From assembly GCA_029238125.1 (NCBI GenBank), contig JAQWGQ010000018.1:15252-79251 (forward strand): 64,000 nucleotides of DNA, read 5' to 3'. The notes under the pieces are model-generated. The model was not told the origin of the DNA and did not search any database. It saw only the letters and a program-made list of their open reading frames with translations. This DNA is from Flavobacteriaceae bacterium. Lineage in GTDB: Bacteria; Bacteroidota; Bacteroidia; Flavobacteriales; Flavobacteriaceae. A program made the position numbers and the translations under genes. This document shows, one piece after another, positions 28,972-37,625 of the stretch (its first letter is position 1; each line of letters begins with the position of its first letter).

Positions 28972-29010
28972 TGACAAAATCCGTTCTTTTACAACACTTA
29001 ATTTATCAGC

Positions 29011-29391
29011 ATGAATATTCCAGAAAACCTCAAATACACCAAAGACCACGAATGGGTACAAATCGAAGATAATATTGCCACTGTTGGAATTACGGATTTT
29101 GCCCAAGGCGAATTGGGTGATATCGTTTATGTGGAGGTTGACACACTCGACGAAACGGTAGATTGTGAAGCGGTTTTTGGTACGGTTGAAGCAGTGAAAA
29201 CAGTATCGGATTTGTTTGCACCATTGACAGGAAAAATTACTGCCTTTAACGACGAACTGACTAGCACCCCCGAACTTGTCAATACGGATCCCTATGGTCG
29301 GGGTTGGATGGTGAAGATTGAGATCGAAAACACCAATGAAATAGATAACCTGTTGACTCATGAGGCCTATTCAGCGCTTATTCAAAGTTAG
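29011..29391 (+). CDS. gcvH: Glycine cleavage system protein H
   Basis: 126 aa with the lipoyl-lysine motif VEAVKTVSD, and DHEWV...GITDFAQGELGDIVYVE. Confidence 0.95.
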   Translation: MNIPENLKYTKDHEWVQIEDNIATVGITDFAQGELGDIVYVEVDTLDETVDCEAVFGTVEAVKTVSDLFAPLTGKITAFNDELTSTPELVNTDPYGRGWMVKIEIENTNEIDNLLTHEAYSALIQS

Positions 29392-29731
29392 AAACGCAAG
29401 AGGTATAACCTTTGTCCTGATCACAATTGCGATTGTGGGAAGTCTGATGCCACCCCAACAAATTGAGCAACTTACTTTTTCGGTTTCAGATAAGCTCATT
29501 CATGGGCTGTATTACGCAACTTTGACTTTTTTTTGGCTTCTCAGCACCAAAACACTTACAAGCCAAAAATACATCCATGTTGGCCTGTCCGTTTTCTTTC
29601 TCGGGTTGGCACTGGAAGTCATGCAATATGTTCTTCCCATTCAACGTGAAATGGATGTACTAGACGTATTCGCCAACACGATTGGAATCTCGATTGCCAT
29701 CGCAATGGCACGCATTTTGGAGATTCGTTAA
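29360..29731 (+). CDS. VanZ-like family membrane protein
   Basis: 123 aa with four hydrophobic helices and a VanZ-like pattern (SDKLIHGLYYATLTFFW, DVLDVFANTIGISIA). The start overlaps gcvH by 32 nt and no later ATG is plausible. Confidence 0.6.
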   Translation: MRPIQRLFKVRNARGITFVLITIAIVGSLMPPQQIEQLTFSVSDKLIHGLYYATLTFFWLLSTKTLTSQKYIHVGLSVFFLGLALEVMQYVLPIQREMDVLDVFANTIGISIAIAMARILEIR

Positions 29732-29790
29732 TTAGATTACGCTGAATGGCATAAAATTGTTATTTTAGCTATCTCCATTAAGAATCTAGT

Positions 29791-30489
29791 ATGAAACCAA
29801 AAAAAAATCCAAAAGCTGATCTAAACAAAAACAGCAGTCTCTATTTTGTGATTGGACTCTGTGTGATTTTATTTGTGTCATGGCGAGCGATTGAGTGGAA
29901 AACCTATGAAGCATCAGACTTATTGCTACAAAAACTCAATGTAGATGATGACGATGATGAAGAAGTTCCACTGACAGAACAAATCAAAACCCCACCACCT
30001 CCACCACCACCTCCAGCTCCTGAAATCATTGAGATTGTTGAAGATGAAGAAGAAGTGGAAGAGACGATTATTGAGTCAACAGAAACCACACAGGAAGAAA
30101 TTATCGAAGAGGTTGAAGTCTTGGATGACTTTGATGTTGATGTACCATTTGCGATCATTGAAGATGTGCCTGTTTTTCCGGGATGCGAGCGCGTTTCAAA
30201 AGACAAGCGTAGAGATTGCTTTCAAGAGAAAATTCAACGTCACATCAGCAAAAACTTCCGCTATCCCGAGATTGCACAAGAAATGGGAATTCAAGGCAGA
30301 GTTTATGTGCAATTCGTGATTGCCAAAAACGGTGATATCGTCGGGGTTCGGACGAGAGGCCCAGATAAAAATCTCGAAAAAGAAGCACAAAGGATTATTG
30401 GAAAATTACCCAAAATGATTCCTGGCAAACAAAGAGGTCGCCCCGTTCGGGTTCCGTTTAGTATTCCGATTACCTTCCGTTTACAATAA
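29791..30489 (+). CDS. TonB-family energy transducer
   Basis: N-terminal TM anchor, a PPPPPPPPAP run, an acidic linker, and a C-terminal TonB domain (PVFPGCE...YPEIAQEMGIQGRVYVQFVIAKNGDIVGVR...PGKQRGRPVRVPFSIPITF). Confidence 0.85.
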   Translation: MKPKKNPKADLNKNSSLYFVIGLCVILFVSWRAIEWKTYEASDLLLQKLNVDDDDDEEVPLTEQIKTPPPPPPPPAPEIIEIVEDEEEVEETIIESTETTQEEIIEEVEVLDDFDVDVPFAIIEDVPVFPGCERVSKDKRRDCFQEKIQRHISKNFRYPEIAQEMGIQGRVYVQFVIAKNGDIVGVRTRGPDKNLEKEAQRIIGKLPKMIPGKQRGRPVRVPFSIPITFRLQ

Positions 30490-30496
30490 AATAGAT

Positions 30497-30520
30497 ACCC
30501 GGTTTTTACCGGGTTTTTTT
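30497..30520 (+). terminator. Rho-independent terminator after the tonB-like gene
   Basis: ACCCGGT-tttt-ACCGGGTTTTTTT, a perfect 7-bp stem followed by a T-run. Confidence 0.85.
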
Positions 30521-30531
30521 ATACAGAATCA

Positions 30532-30562
30532 TTGCCTAACGTACTAAGGTGCAGTATCTTTG
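30532..30562 (+). promoter_or_regulatory. Candidate Bacteroidota promoter for the ctaB-cox accessory cluster (-33 TTG at 30532-30534, -7 TATCTTTG at 30555-30562)
   Basis: TTG, a 20-nt spacer and TAnnTTTG, 15 nt upstream of the ATG at 30578. The -7 box overlaps the TTG start (30560) used by the ORF track, which favours 30578 as the real start. Confidence 0.4.
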
Positions 30563-30577
30563 TTGCCGAATTGCACA

Positions 30578-31483
30578 ATGATTAAGATATCGACTTCACA
30601 TTCAGGATTTCTAAGCGTAGCATTGGTTTTTGCTCAACATTTTGCGCAGCTCACAAAAGCACGTCTTAGCTTTAGCGTTGTTTTTTCGAGTATCGCCGGT
30701 TATATTTTGGGTTGTGAAGTGATCGACCCAAACGAATTGAGTTTACTTCTCTTTGGCGGCTTAGCGATAGCAGGAGCTTCGAATGCGTTCAATCAGATTA
30801 TTGAACGTGATATTGACGCCCAAATGCAGCGTACCAAAAACCGACCTCTACCAACGGGCAACATGACCCAAACAACGGCTTTTTGGATTGCTGTTGCTCT
30901 CTCTATTTCAGGATTGTCGGCTCTCTATGCAATCAATCCCATAACCGCGATGTTTGCAGCCATTTCCATGTTTCTTTACACCAGCGTTTATACCCCTTTG
31001 AAAACAAAAACACCACTCGCTGTTTTTGTCGGGGCCTTTCCAGGAGCAATTCCTTTTATGCTTGGTTGGGTCGCTGCTACTGGCTCTTTTGGACTTGAGG
31101 CAGGAACCCTGTTTATGATACAATTTTTTTGGCAATTCCCTCACTTTTGGGCGATTGGTTGGTTGATGTTCGAAGACTACAATCGCGTGGGAATCAATAT
31201 GCTCCCCAGCGGGAAACGAGATCGAAAAACGGCTTTACAAGCCGTACTTTACAGTGTTTGGACACTCGTAATTTCCATATTCCCAGTGTTGGGGATTACG
31301 GGCTCATTACAAATTTCACTTGCCGCAGCGATTTTGGTTGCATTGTCTGGATTAGGGCTTATTATTTCTGCCATGCGTCTGTATCAAAAACTCGACCATC
31401 AGTCGGCAAGACAACTGATGATTGTCAGTGTGATTTACATCTCATGGATTCAGATTATTTATGTAATTGATAAATTGATATAA
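30578..31483 (+). CDS. ctaB: Protohaem IX farnesyltransferase (haem O synthase)
   Basis: UbiA-family motifs (NQIIERDIDAQMQRTKNRPLP), a polytopic protein of about 301 aa, located next to cox genes. Confidence 0.9.
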   Translation: MIKISTSHSGFLSVALVFAQHFAQLTKARLSFSVVFSSIAGYILGCEVIDPNELSLLLFGGLAIAGASNAFNQIIERDIDAQMQRTKNRPLPTGNMTQTTAFWIAVALSISGLSALYAINPITAMFAAISMFLYTSVYTPLKTKTPLAVFVGAFPGAIPFMLGWVAATGSFGLEAGTLFMIQFFWQFPHFWAIGWLMFEDYNRVGINMLPSGKRDRKTALQAVLYSVWTLVISIFPVLGITGSLQISLAAAILVALSGLGLIISAMRLYQKLDHQSARQLMIVSVIYISWIQIIYVIDKLI

Positions 31484-32040
31484 TGGAACAATCCAAAAAT
31501 ATTCGCGCAAAAAAAATGATGCTTTGGTTTTCAATGATCAGTATCTCGATGACCTTTGCGGGACTCACAAGTGCTTATGTTGTTAGCAAGTCAAGGCCAG
31601 ACTGGTTGGAGGACTTTAGTCTCCCCATGTCTTTGTATTGGAGTACGCTTGTGATTCTGTTGAGCAGTGTGTCCTTCTGGCAAGCTAACAAGAAGTTGAC
31701 AACACAACCCAAATCTACAGCGAGTTTGTTATGGGTGACCCTAGCCCTAGCGCTAGCATTTGTATTCTTGCAATTCCAGGGCTTTTCGAGTCTAGTCGAT
31801 AAGGGATACTATTTCACTGGTGCGCAAAGCAATGTCACGACTTCGTTTTTATATGTCTTGGTGCTGGTTCACCTTGCGCACTTGGTCGCAGGACTCGTCG
31901 TTTTATTGGTGGTAATTACCAATCATCGTCGTGGGAAATATGCGATAAATCCTCTTGGATTTTCCCTCGCACATACCTTCTGGCATTTTTTGGGATTTTT
32001 GTGGGTGTATTTGTTTCTCTTTCTATATTTTTTACGATAA
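31483..32040 (+). CDS. Haem-copper oxidase subunit III family protein (short form)
   Basis: 185 aa with five TM helices, and LHLAHLVAGLVVL...HTFWHFLGFLWVYLFL typical of subunit III. TAATG overlap with ctaB. Confidence 0.8.
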   Translation: MEQSKNIRAKKMMLWFSMISISMTFAGLTSAYVVSKSRPDWLEDFSLPMSLYWSTLVILLSSVSFWQANKKLTTQPKSTASLLWVTLALALAFVFLQFQGFSSLVDKGYYFTGAQSNVTTSFLYVLVLVHLAHLVAGLVVLLVVITNHRRGKYAINPLGFSLAHTFWHFLGFLWVYLFLFLYFLR

Positions 32041-32080
32041 ATCACGTATTTTTGTACAACCAAAACAGTAATGCATTCTT

Positions 32081-33061
32081 ATGGACGCAACGTTGACAAA
32101 CCAATCAGAAAATGAAAACATTTGGGGAGGCGGAAACAAACCGCTAAATGCGAGCTACGGGAAAATGATGATGTGGTTTTTCATCGTTTCCGATGCCCTT
32201 ACCTTTTCGGGCTTTCTCGCTGCCTATGGCTTTTCTCGTTTTAAGTTTATCGAATCCTGGCCGATTGCGGATGAGGTGTTCAATCACTTTCCTTTTTTAC
32301 ATGGTGTAGATGCACCTATGTATTATGTGGCCTTGATGACATTTATTTTGATTTTTTCATCGGTAACGATGGTACTTGCGGTTGATGCAGGTCACCATAT
32401 GAAGAAAAATAAAGTTGCGTTTTATATGCTTCTTACCATTGTTGGGGGCGCTATCTTTTTGGGTTCACAAGCGTGGGAATGGAAAAACTTTATCAACGGG
32501 CAGTACGGAGCTGTCGAAACTCGTGGGGGGCAGATTTTACAGTTTGTCAATGCGGAAACGGGCAAGCGTGTCAACCTGAGCTCATTTGCGGCATCCATCC
32601 CAACTGATCGATCCCAACATAAAGCCAAAAATGGCGTATGGTATGTCAAAGAATCCACATTGCCGACTTATTCTGTAGAGGAAATTACAGCCGGGTTTTT
32701 GGCCAATGACAACCTGCTGATTAAAACCCAACAAAATGATGGCCAAGGGCATAAACTCGTATTGGATCGAGAGGGTTCGATCAATAAAATCACCCAAGCT
32801 GTACATGTCGTTGAAGGAGCTAACCTTGTTCGAAACGAATATGGAAGTCCGCTATTTGCGAACTTCTTCTTCTTTATCACTGGCTTTCACGGCTTTCACG
32901 TTTTTACTGGGGTGCTGATCAATCTCATCATTTTCTTCAACGTTGTGATTGGAACCTATGAAAAACGTGGACACTACGAAATGGTGGAAAAGGTCGGATT
33001 GTACTGGCACTTTGTTGATCTCGTTTGGGTCTTTGTATTCACATTCTTTTATCTGGTATAA
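32081..33061 (+). CDS. coxC: Cytochrome c oxidase subunit III with a large hydrophilic insertion
   Basis: FFIVSDALTFSGF, FFFFITGFHGFHVFTGV and YWHFVDLVWVFVFTFFY are subunit-III signatures. Residues about 137-256 are hydrophilic. Confidence 0.85.
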   Translation: MDATLTNQSENENIWGGGNKPLNASYGKMMMWFFIVSDALTFSGFLAAYGFSRFKFIESWPIADEVFNHFPFLHGVDAPMYYVALMTFILIFSSVTMVLAVDAGHHMKKNKVAFYMLLTIVGGAIFLGSQAWEWKNFINGQYGAVETRGGQILQFVNAETGKRVNLSSFAASIPTDRSQHKAKNGVWYVKESTLPTYSVEEITAGFLANDNLLIKTQQNDGQGHKLVLDREGSINKITQAVHVVEGANLVRNEYGSPLFANFFFFITGFHGFHVFTGVLINLIIFFNVVIGTYEKRGHYEMVEKVGLYWHFVDLVWVFVFTFFYLV

Positions 33062-33063
33062 TC

Positions 33064-33444
33064 ATGGCAGTAGAACACAAGTTATCAATTTTTCGTGGGC
33101 GTTTAACCTTTAAGTCCGTTACCCAAAAAATATGGGGCGTTTTGATTTTTTTATCCATCCTCACCATTGTCGAGGTTGCACTTGGGATTTTTAAGCCACA
33201 AGTTCTGATGAATACATTTTTGGGAATGAAACTTCTCAACTGGATTTTCATCATTCTCACAATCATTAAAGCATACTATATCGCATGGGATTTTATGCAC
33301 CTGCGTGACGAGCGAAGAAGCTTTACAAGCTCGATTGTTTTGCCGTTGCTCATACTGATTCCTTACCTTATTTTTATTCTTCTTCTTGAAGCCGACTACA
33401 TCTATAATGTGATGTCTGACGGCTTTGTATCTTGGAATTTCTAA
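33064..33444 (+). CDS. Cytochrome c oxidase subunit IV (prokaryotic CoxD-like)
   Basis: 126 aa with three TM helices and the YYIAWDFMHL motif. The ATG at 33064 follows the coxC stop. The ORF track start at 33025 lies inside coxC. Confidence 0.7.
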   Translation: MAVEHKLSIFRGRLTFKSVTQKIWGVLIFLSILTIVEVALGIFKPQVLMNTFLGMKLLNWIFIILTIIKAYYIAWDFMHLRDERRSFTSSIVLPLLILIPYLIFILLLEADYIYNVMSDGFVSWNF

Positions 33445-33455
33445 TCTTTTACCAT

Positions 33456-34079
33456 TTGAAAAAGTACATTGTACTTACCGTGCTATTTGTACTCCCTTTA
33501 GTGGTGTATCTTTTCTTTGCCTCTGGCATTAATCATTTCGCAAAACTCCCTGTAGTCACCAATACGGTTGTTGATGTTGCAGCGTTTTCAGACGAGCAAT
33601 TCAAAGACAATATTACCATTGTTGGATTTTTGGGGTCAGAGGTGTCTCAACAAAAAGGGAATGCCCTCAACCTCAATCAAAAAATTTATAAGCGATTTCA
33701 GGAATTTGAAGACTTTCAGTTTTTGATGGTTCAGCCAAAAGGAACAGAAGAGAGTTGCCAACAGTTGGTAGACGAGTTGTCCCGAAGTACGCAAGTAGAT
33801 ACCGCTGGGTGGAAGTTTGTCTTCTTGGATCCTGTTCAGATTCAACTTGTCTTCGATCGGCTTAATACCCCTTTGGTGTTAGATGAAACGAACGGATCGC
33901 CCTATGTGTTTATCATTGATAAAGATGGCGCTCTAAGAGGACGGGACGATAATGACAATGTTGGGTATGACGCACGCTCTGTTGCTGATATTCACAACAA
34001 TATGGTCGATGATGTAAAAGTCATTTTGGCGGAATATCGTTTAGCCCTCAAGAAATACAACGCGGATCGAAAAATATAA
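33456..34079 (+). CDS. Membrane-anchored thioredoxin-fold protein, SCO-like but lacking the CxxxC copper site
   Basis: It has an N-terminal anchor KKYIVLTVLFVLPLVVYLFFA. It aligns by eye with the adjacent SCO1: ITIVGFLGSEVSQQKG vs VYLVEFFFTSCPTICP, and PYVFIIDKDGALRGR vs GYFALVDQEGFIRSR. There is no in-frame ATG, so the probable start is the TTG at 33456. Confidence 0.5.
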   Translation: MKKYIVLTVLFVLPLVVYLFFASGINHFAKLPVVTNTVVDVAAFSDEQFKDNITIVGFLGSEVSQQKGNALNLNQKIYKRFQEFEDFQFLMVQPKGTEESCQQLVDELSRSTQVDTAGWKFVFLDPVQIQLVFDRLNTPLVLDETNGSPYVFIIDKDGALRGRDDNDNVGYDARSVADIHNNMVDDVKVILAEYRLALKKYNADRKI

Positions 34080-34082
34080 GCC

Positions 34083-34784
34083 GTGAGAAAGAACGCATAC
34101 ATTGGGATATCTTTTATTCTTTTGGTTTTTGGGATTTTATTTGTACCCAAAATCGTCAATCGCATTCAACAGCAAGATTGGGTATCTGCCAATCGGTTGA
34201 GCGTTTCTCAAGAAGAATTGGTCTATGTCAACCTGAATGGGGAAAATAAAAAAGTACCTGACTTTGTCCTGACAAATCAAGATAGCTTACTCATTTCCAA
34301 TGAAGATTATTTTGGAAAAGTCTATCTCGTTGAATTCTTTTTCACAAGCTGCCCCACGATTTGTCCACGAATGAATGTCAATATGAAAAAAATAGAGGCG
34401 GTTTTTGGTCATCGTGACGATTTTGGAATTGCCTCTATAACAATTGATCCCAAAACAGACACACCTACCCAGCTCAAAACATACGCCGAAGCCTACGAAG
34501 TGTTTAGTCCAAACTGGCACTTTCTCACTGGTGAACAAAGTTACATCTATGACCTTGCGAATCGTGGGTTTAACATTTTTGCAGGCATCAATCCCGATGT
34601 GGCAGGGGGCTTTGAACACCAAGGATACTTTGCTTTGGTCGATCAAGAAGGATTTATCCGATCGCGCACCGATAGTGCGGGTAATCCAATTGTTTACTAT
34701 CTTGGTATCGATGAAGAGGGTGTTGACCAACAAGGCACAGAGATGCTATTGGAAGACATCCCAAAATTGCTAGAAAATGAATAA
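34083..34784 (+). CDS. SCO1/SenC family copper chaperone
   Basis: N-terminal TM anchor, the CPTICP motif in VYLVEFFFTSCPTICPRM, a conserved His in GFEHQGYFALVD, and a GTG start. Confidence 0.9.
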   Translation: MRKNAYIGISFILLVFGILFVPKIVNRIQQQDWVSANRLSVSQEELVYVNLNGENKKVPDFVLTNQDSLLISNEDYFGKVYLVEFFFTSCPTICPRMNVNMKKIEAVFGHRDDFGIASITIDPKTDTPTQLKTYAEAYEVFSPNWHFLTGEQSYIYDLANRGFNIFAGINPDVAGGFEHQGYFALVDQEGFIRSRTDSAGNPIVYYLGIDEEGVDQQGTEMLLEDIPKLLENE

Positions 34785-35316
34785 TAAAAAACTGTATAAT
34801 CGACTCATCACGGTGACCTCAATTGCCATCCCTGTTGTGGTTGCTATTTTGTTTCGTGTCCGAATCCCAAATGTAGAACCGCTCGACCAGCTACCTCCTA
34901 TATATGCCGGAATTAATGCCTTGACAGCAATCTTTTTATTGATTGCACTGGTGGCAATCAAACAAGGAAAGCGCAAGATACACGAACGCTTAATGAAGGT
35001 TAACATTTTGTTTTCCCTTGCGTTTTTGGTAATGTACATCGCCTATCATATGACCTCCGACCCAACCCCTTATGGGATAATTGATGGGGTATTTGTGGCT
35101 AGTCAGACCTCAAAAATAATTTATTTTACAATTTTGATATCACATATCATTTTGTCAATTGTACTCATTCCTTTAGTGTTATTGGCGTATTCAAAGACGG
35201 TATTAGTAGATTTTGTGGCTCATAAAAAAATCGCACGGATTGCCTTCCCCATTTGGCTGTATGTAACCATTACAGGTGTCGTTGTTTACCTCATGATTTT
35301 CCCTTATTACACATGA
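34777..35316 (+). CDS. DUF420 family membrane protein (cox-associated)
   Basis: 179 aa with four or five TM helices. It overlaps SCO1 by 8 nt. The context is typical of cytochrome-oxidase assembly clusters. Confidence 0.7.
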   Translation: MNNKKLYNRLITVTSIAIPVVVAILFRVRIPNVEPLDQLPPIYAGINALTAIFLLIALVAIKQGKRKIHERLMKVNILFSLAFLVMYIAYHMTSDPTPYGIIDGVFVASQTSKIIYFTILISHIILSIVLIPLVLLAYSKTVLVDFVAHKKIARIAFPIWLYVTITGVVVYLMIFPYYT

Positions 35317-35528
35317 AATTGCTGAGAAATTTACTGGGGTGTAGTATGTTGTTTGGAAGTGAGTTTGTTTCTGCACAATGTTCGATGTGTAGAGCGGTAT
35401 TGGAATCAGGAGCAGACGCAAAAATGGCCGAACAACTCAACGATGGAATCGTTTATTTGATGATGATGCCCTATCTACTTGTCGGCACGATTGGATTTAT
35501 TGTTTATCGTAATTTCTATAAAAAATAA
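35313..35528 (+). CDS. Small (71 aa) signal-peptide plus CxxC plus C-terminal TM protein
   Basis: MKLLRNLLGCSMLFGSEFVSAQ|CSMCRAVLESGADAKMAEQLNDGIVYLMMMPYLLVGTIGFIVYRNFYKK. ATGA overlap with the DUF420 stop. The ORF track start at 35253 lies inside DUF420. Confidence 0.55.
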   Translation: MKLLRNLLGCSMLFGSEFVSAQCSMCRAVLESGADAKMAEQLNDGIVYLMMMPYLLVGTIGFIVYRNFYKK

Positions 35529-35566
35529 TATTTTGTTCTGGAGCGAGTGCTCTTCTACAAAATATT
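35527..35566. other. Perfect 10-bp inverted repeat (AATATTTTGT ... ACAAAATATT) with an inner GAGC/GCTC stem
   Basis: It overlaps the last two bases of the stop codon of the small CxxC gene. The loop is 20 nt and there is no T-run afterwards. Confidence 0.5.
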
Positions 35567-35701
35567 CAAGTGAAGACAAATGGATTAATTTGGAAACGCT
35601 AATGATTTTGGAAGTTTGCGAAAAATTTGCTACTATGCTATACATATTACCTTTTAATGCTTTTTTTTGTAAAGACCATATTCTATAAAACTAAATTACT
35701 T

Positions 35702-36406
35702 ATGATTCACCTCAGAGATATTCACAAGTCTTATAATCTCAATACGAACCCGTTACACGTATTAAAGGGGATCAACTTGTCGGTTGCAGAAGGTGAGTTG
35801 GTTGCGATTATGGGTGCATCAGGGTCCGGAAAATCAACAATGCTCAATATTTTGGGAATGCTGGATGAGGCAGATTCAGGGACCTATACTCTCGACAGTA
35901 CCCCAATTGTGAAATTAAACGAAACCAAAGCAGCGCAATATCGCAATAAGTTTTTGGGCTTTGTATTTCAGTCATTCAATCTGATCTCTTATAAAACTGC
36001 ACTCGAAAACGTTTCACTCCCCCTGTATTATCAGGGTTTACCCAGAAAAGAACGCCAAAAAAAGGCAAAAGAGCAGCTGACCAAAGTCGGCTTAGGGGAA
36101 CGGACCCACCATGTGCCAAGTGAGCTCTCGGGAGGAGAAAAGCAAAGGGTGGCAATTGCTCGTGCGCTCGTCACGAACCCAATGGTACTTCTTGCCGATG
36201 AGCCAACAGGAGCCCTCGACACCAAAACATCTTATGAGTTGATGGCATTACTACAAGAAATCAATGATCAGGGCAAAACAATTGTGGTCATTACACACGA
36301 GTCAGATATTGCCAATATGTGTAAACGGATCGTGTATTTAAGAGATGGCGTGATTGTTGAGGACAAGAAAATCAAACAGACAAAAGCGAAAGACTATGTG
36401 GAATAG
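35702..36406 (+). CDS. ABC transporter ATP-binding protein (MacB/LolD-type)
   Basis: Walker A GASGSGKST, signature LSGGEKQRVAIARAL and Walker B LLADEPTGALD. The real start is the ATG at 35702 (MIHLRDIHKSY). Confidence 0.93.
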   Translation: MIHLRDIHKSYNLNTNPLHVLKGINLSVAEGELVAIMGASGSGKSTMLNILGMLDEADSGTYTLDSTPIVKLNETKAAQYRNKFLGFVFQSFNLISYKTALENVSLPLYYQGLPRKERQKKAKEQLTKVGLGERTHHVPSELSGGEKQRVAIARALVTNPMVLLADEPTGALDTKTSYELMALLQEINDQGKTIVVITHESDIANMCKRIVYLRDGVIVEDKKIKQTKAKDYVE

Positions 36407-37625
36407 AGATCGCTGGCTAGAGGTTTTCGAAACCCTTCGCAAAAACAAATTAAGAGCAGCTCTTTCTGGGTTTACGATTGCATTGGGGATCTTCATCTTT
36501 GTCACACTCTACGGATTTGGCAATGGACTGAAAAACGCATTTCAAGAATTTTTTCTTGACGATGCGACCAATACCCTTTGGATCTATCCTGCCCAAACCA
36601 CCAAACCCTATAAAGGGTTTAAATCACGGCGAAATATCGAATTTAAAAACGATGACCTGAAAGACTTAGAGATGGATTTCAGCTTGTTTCTTGAGGGGAT
36701 TACACCGCGAATCTCTAGAGGTTCGCAAGTCAGTTATCTTACAGAGAGCAATTCTTACACGGTACGTGCTGTTGGCCCTGTACATCAAGCGATTGAGAAA
36801 TCCTTGGTTTATGCGGGTCGTTATATCAACGAAATCGATGTTGAACAATACAGTAAGCACGCTGTGATTGGCCGCCTTGTGGCAAAAGATTTATTTAAAT
36901 CCGAAGATCCACTTGGTAAGTTTGTCATTATCAATGACATTGCCTTCAAAGTTGTTGGTCTTTTTTATGACGAAGGTGGAGATAACGAGGAAAGGATGGT
37001 CTATATTCCATACACGACCCAACAGAGATTGTTAGGCGGAACGGATCGAATCGATCAGATTGTATTGACGTTTCGTCCTGAAATCGGATATCAAGGGGCA
37101 TTGCAACTCGAGGCGAATGTCAAAAGGTTTTTAAAACGAAAACACCATATCGACCCAGATGACCCAGCTGGGATTTATGTTCGAAATGTAGCGAGCGACC
37201 TCAAGCAGAACCAGGATTTTGCCAGCGTATTGCAGTATATCGTAACCTTTGTCGGGATGGGAACGCTAATTGCAGGCATCATTGGCATCAGCAATATCAT
37301 GGTCTATGTTGTTCGGGAACGCACCAAAGAATTGGGGATACGCAAAGCCATAGGCGCAACACCCAAGTCGATTATCGGAATGATTTTACACGAGTCCATT
37401 TTTATTACTTCAGTAGCTGGCTATGTGGGTTTGCTTGCTGGGGTTGGTACACTGGCATTGATTGGTGACAAACTGGAGGATTTTTTTATATATAATCCAC
37501 AAATACATATCGGAACAGCCATTTTTGCCACTTTTTTGCTGATTGGTTTTGGAGCCATTGCGGGCTATGTTCCCGCCAAGCGTGCAGCACGTATTAAACC
37601 GATTGTAGCCCTAAGAGACGAATAA
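36396..37625 (+). CDS. ABC transporter permease, MacB_PCD plus FtsX type (paralog 1)
   Basis: N-terminal TM, a large periplasmic domain and a C-terminal FtsX-like region (RERTKELGIRKAIGATPKSII). The start overlaps the ATPase gene by 11 nt. Confidence 0.88.
   Translation: MWNRDRWLEVFETLRKNKLRAALSGFTIALGIFIFVTLYGFGNGLKNAFQEFFLDDATNTLWIYPAQTTKPYKGFKSRRNIEFKNDDLKDLEMDFSLFLEGITPRISRGSQVSYLTESNSYTVRAVGPVHQAIEKSLVYAGRYINEIDVEQYSKHAVIGRLVAKDLFKSEDPLGKFVIINDIAFKVVGLFYDEGGDNEERMVYIPYTTQQRLLGGTDRIDQIVLTFRPEIGYQGALQLEANVKRFLKRKHHIDPDDPAGIYVRNVASDLKQNQDFASVLQYIVTFVGMGTLIAGIIGISNIMVYVVRERTKELGIRKAIGATPKSIIGMILHESIFITSVAGYVGLLAGVGTLALIGDKLEDFFIYNPQIHIGTAIFATFLLIGFGAIAGYVPAKRAARIKPIVALRDE

Noticed and set aside
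28972-29010. Possible glycine riboswitch upstream of gcvH
   Set aside because: Only 39 nt separate sprA from gcvH, far too short for the tandem glycine aptamers. No conserved aptamer-like sequence is visible.
28906-29361. A 151-aa ORF antisense to gcvH and the sprA 3' end
   Set aside because: gcvH has the canonical lipoyl-lysine motif on the plus strand, and the antisense product has no features.
29904-30206. Ser/Gly-rich 100-aa ORF antisense to the tonB-like gene
   Set aside because: It is the complement of the poly-Pro (CCA/CCT) and acidic (GAA/GAT) linker of the TonB-like protein, not an independent gene.
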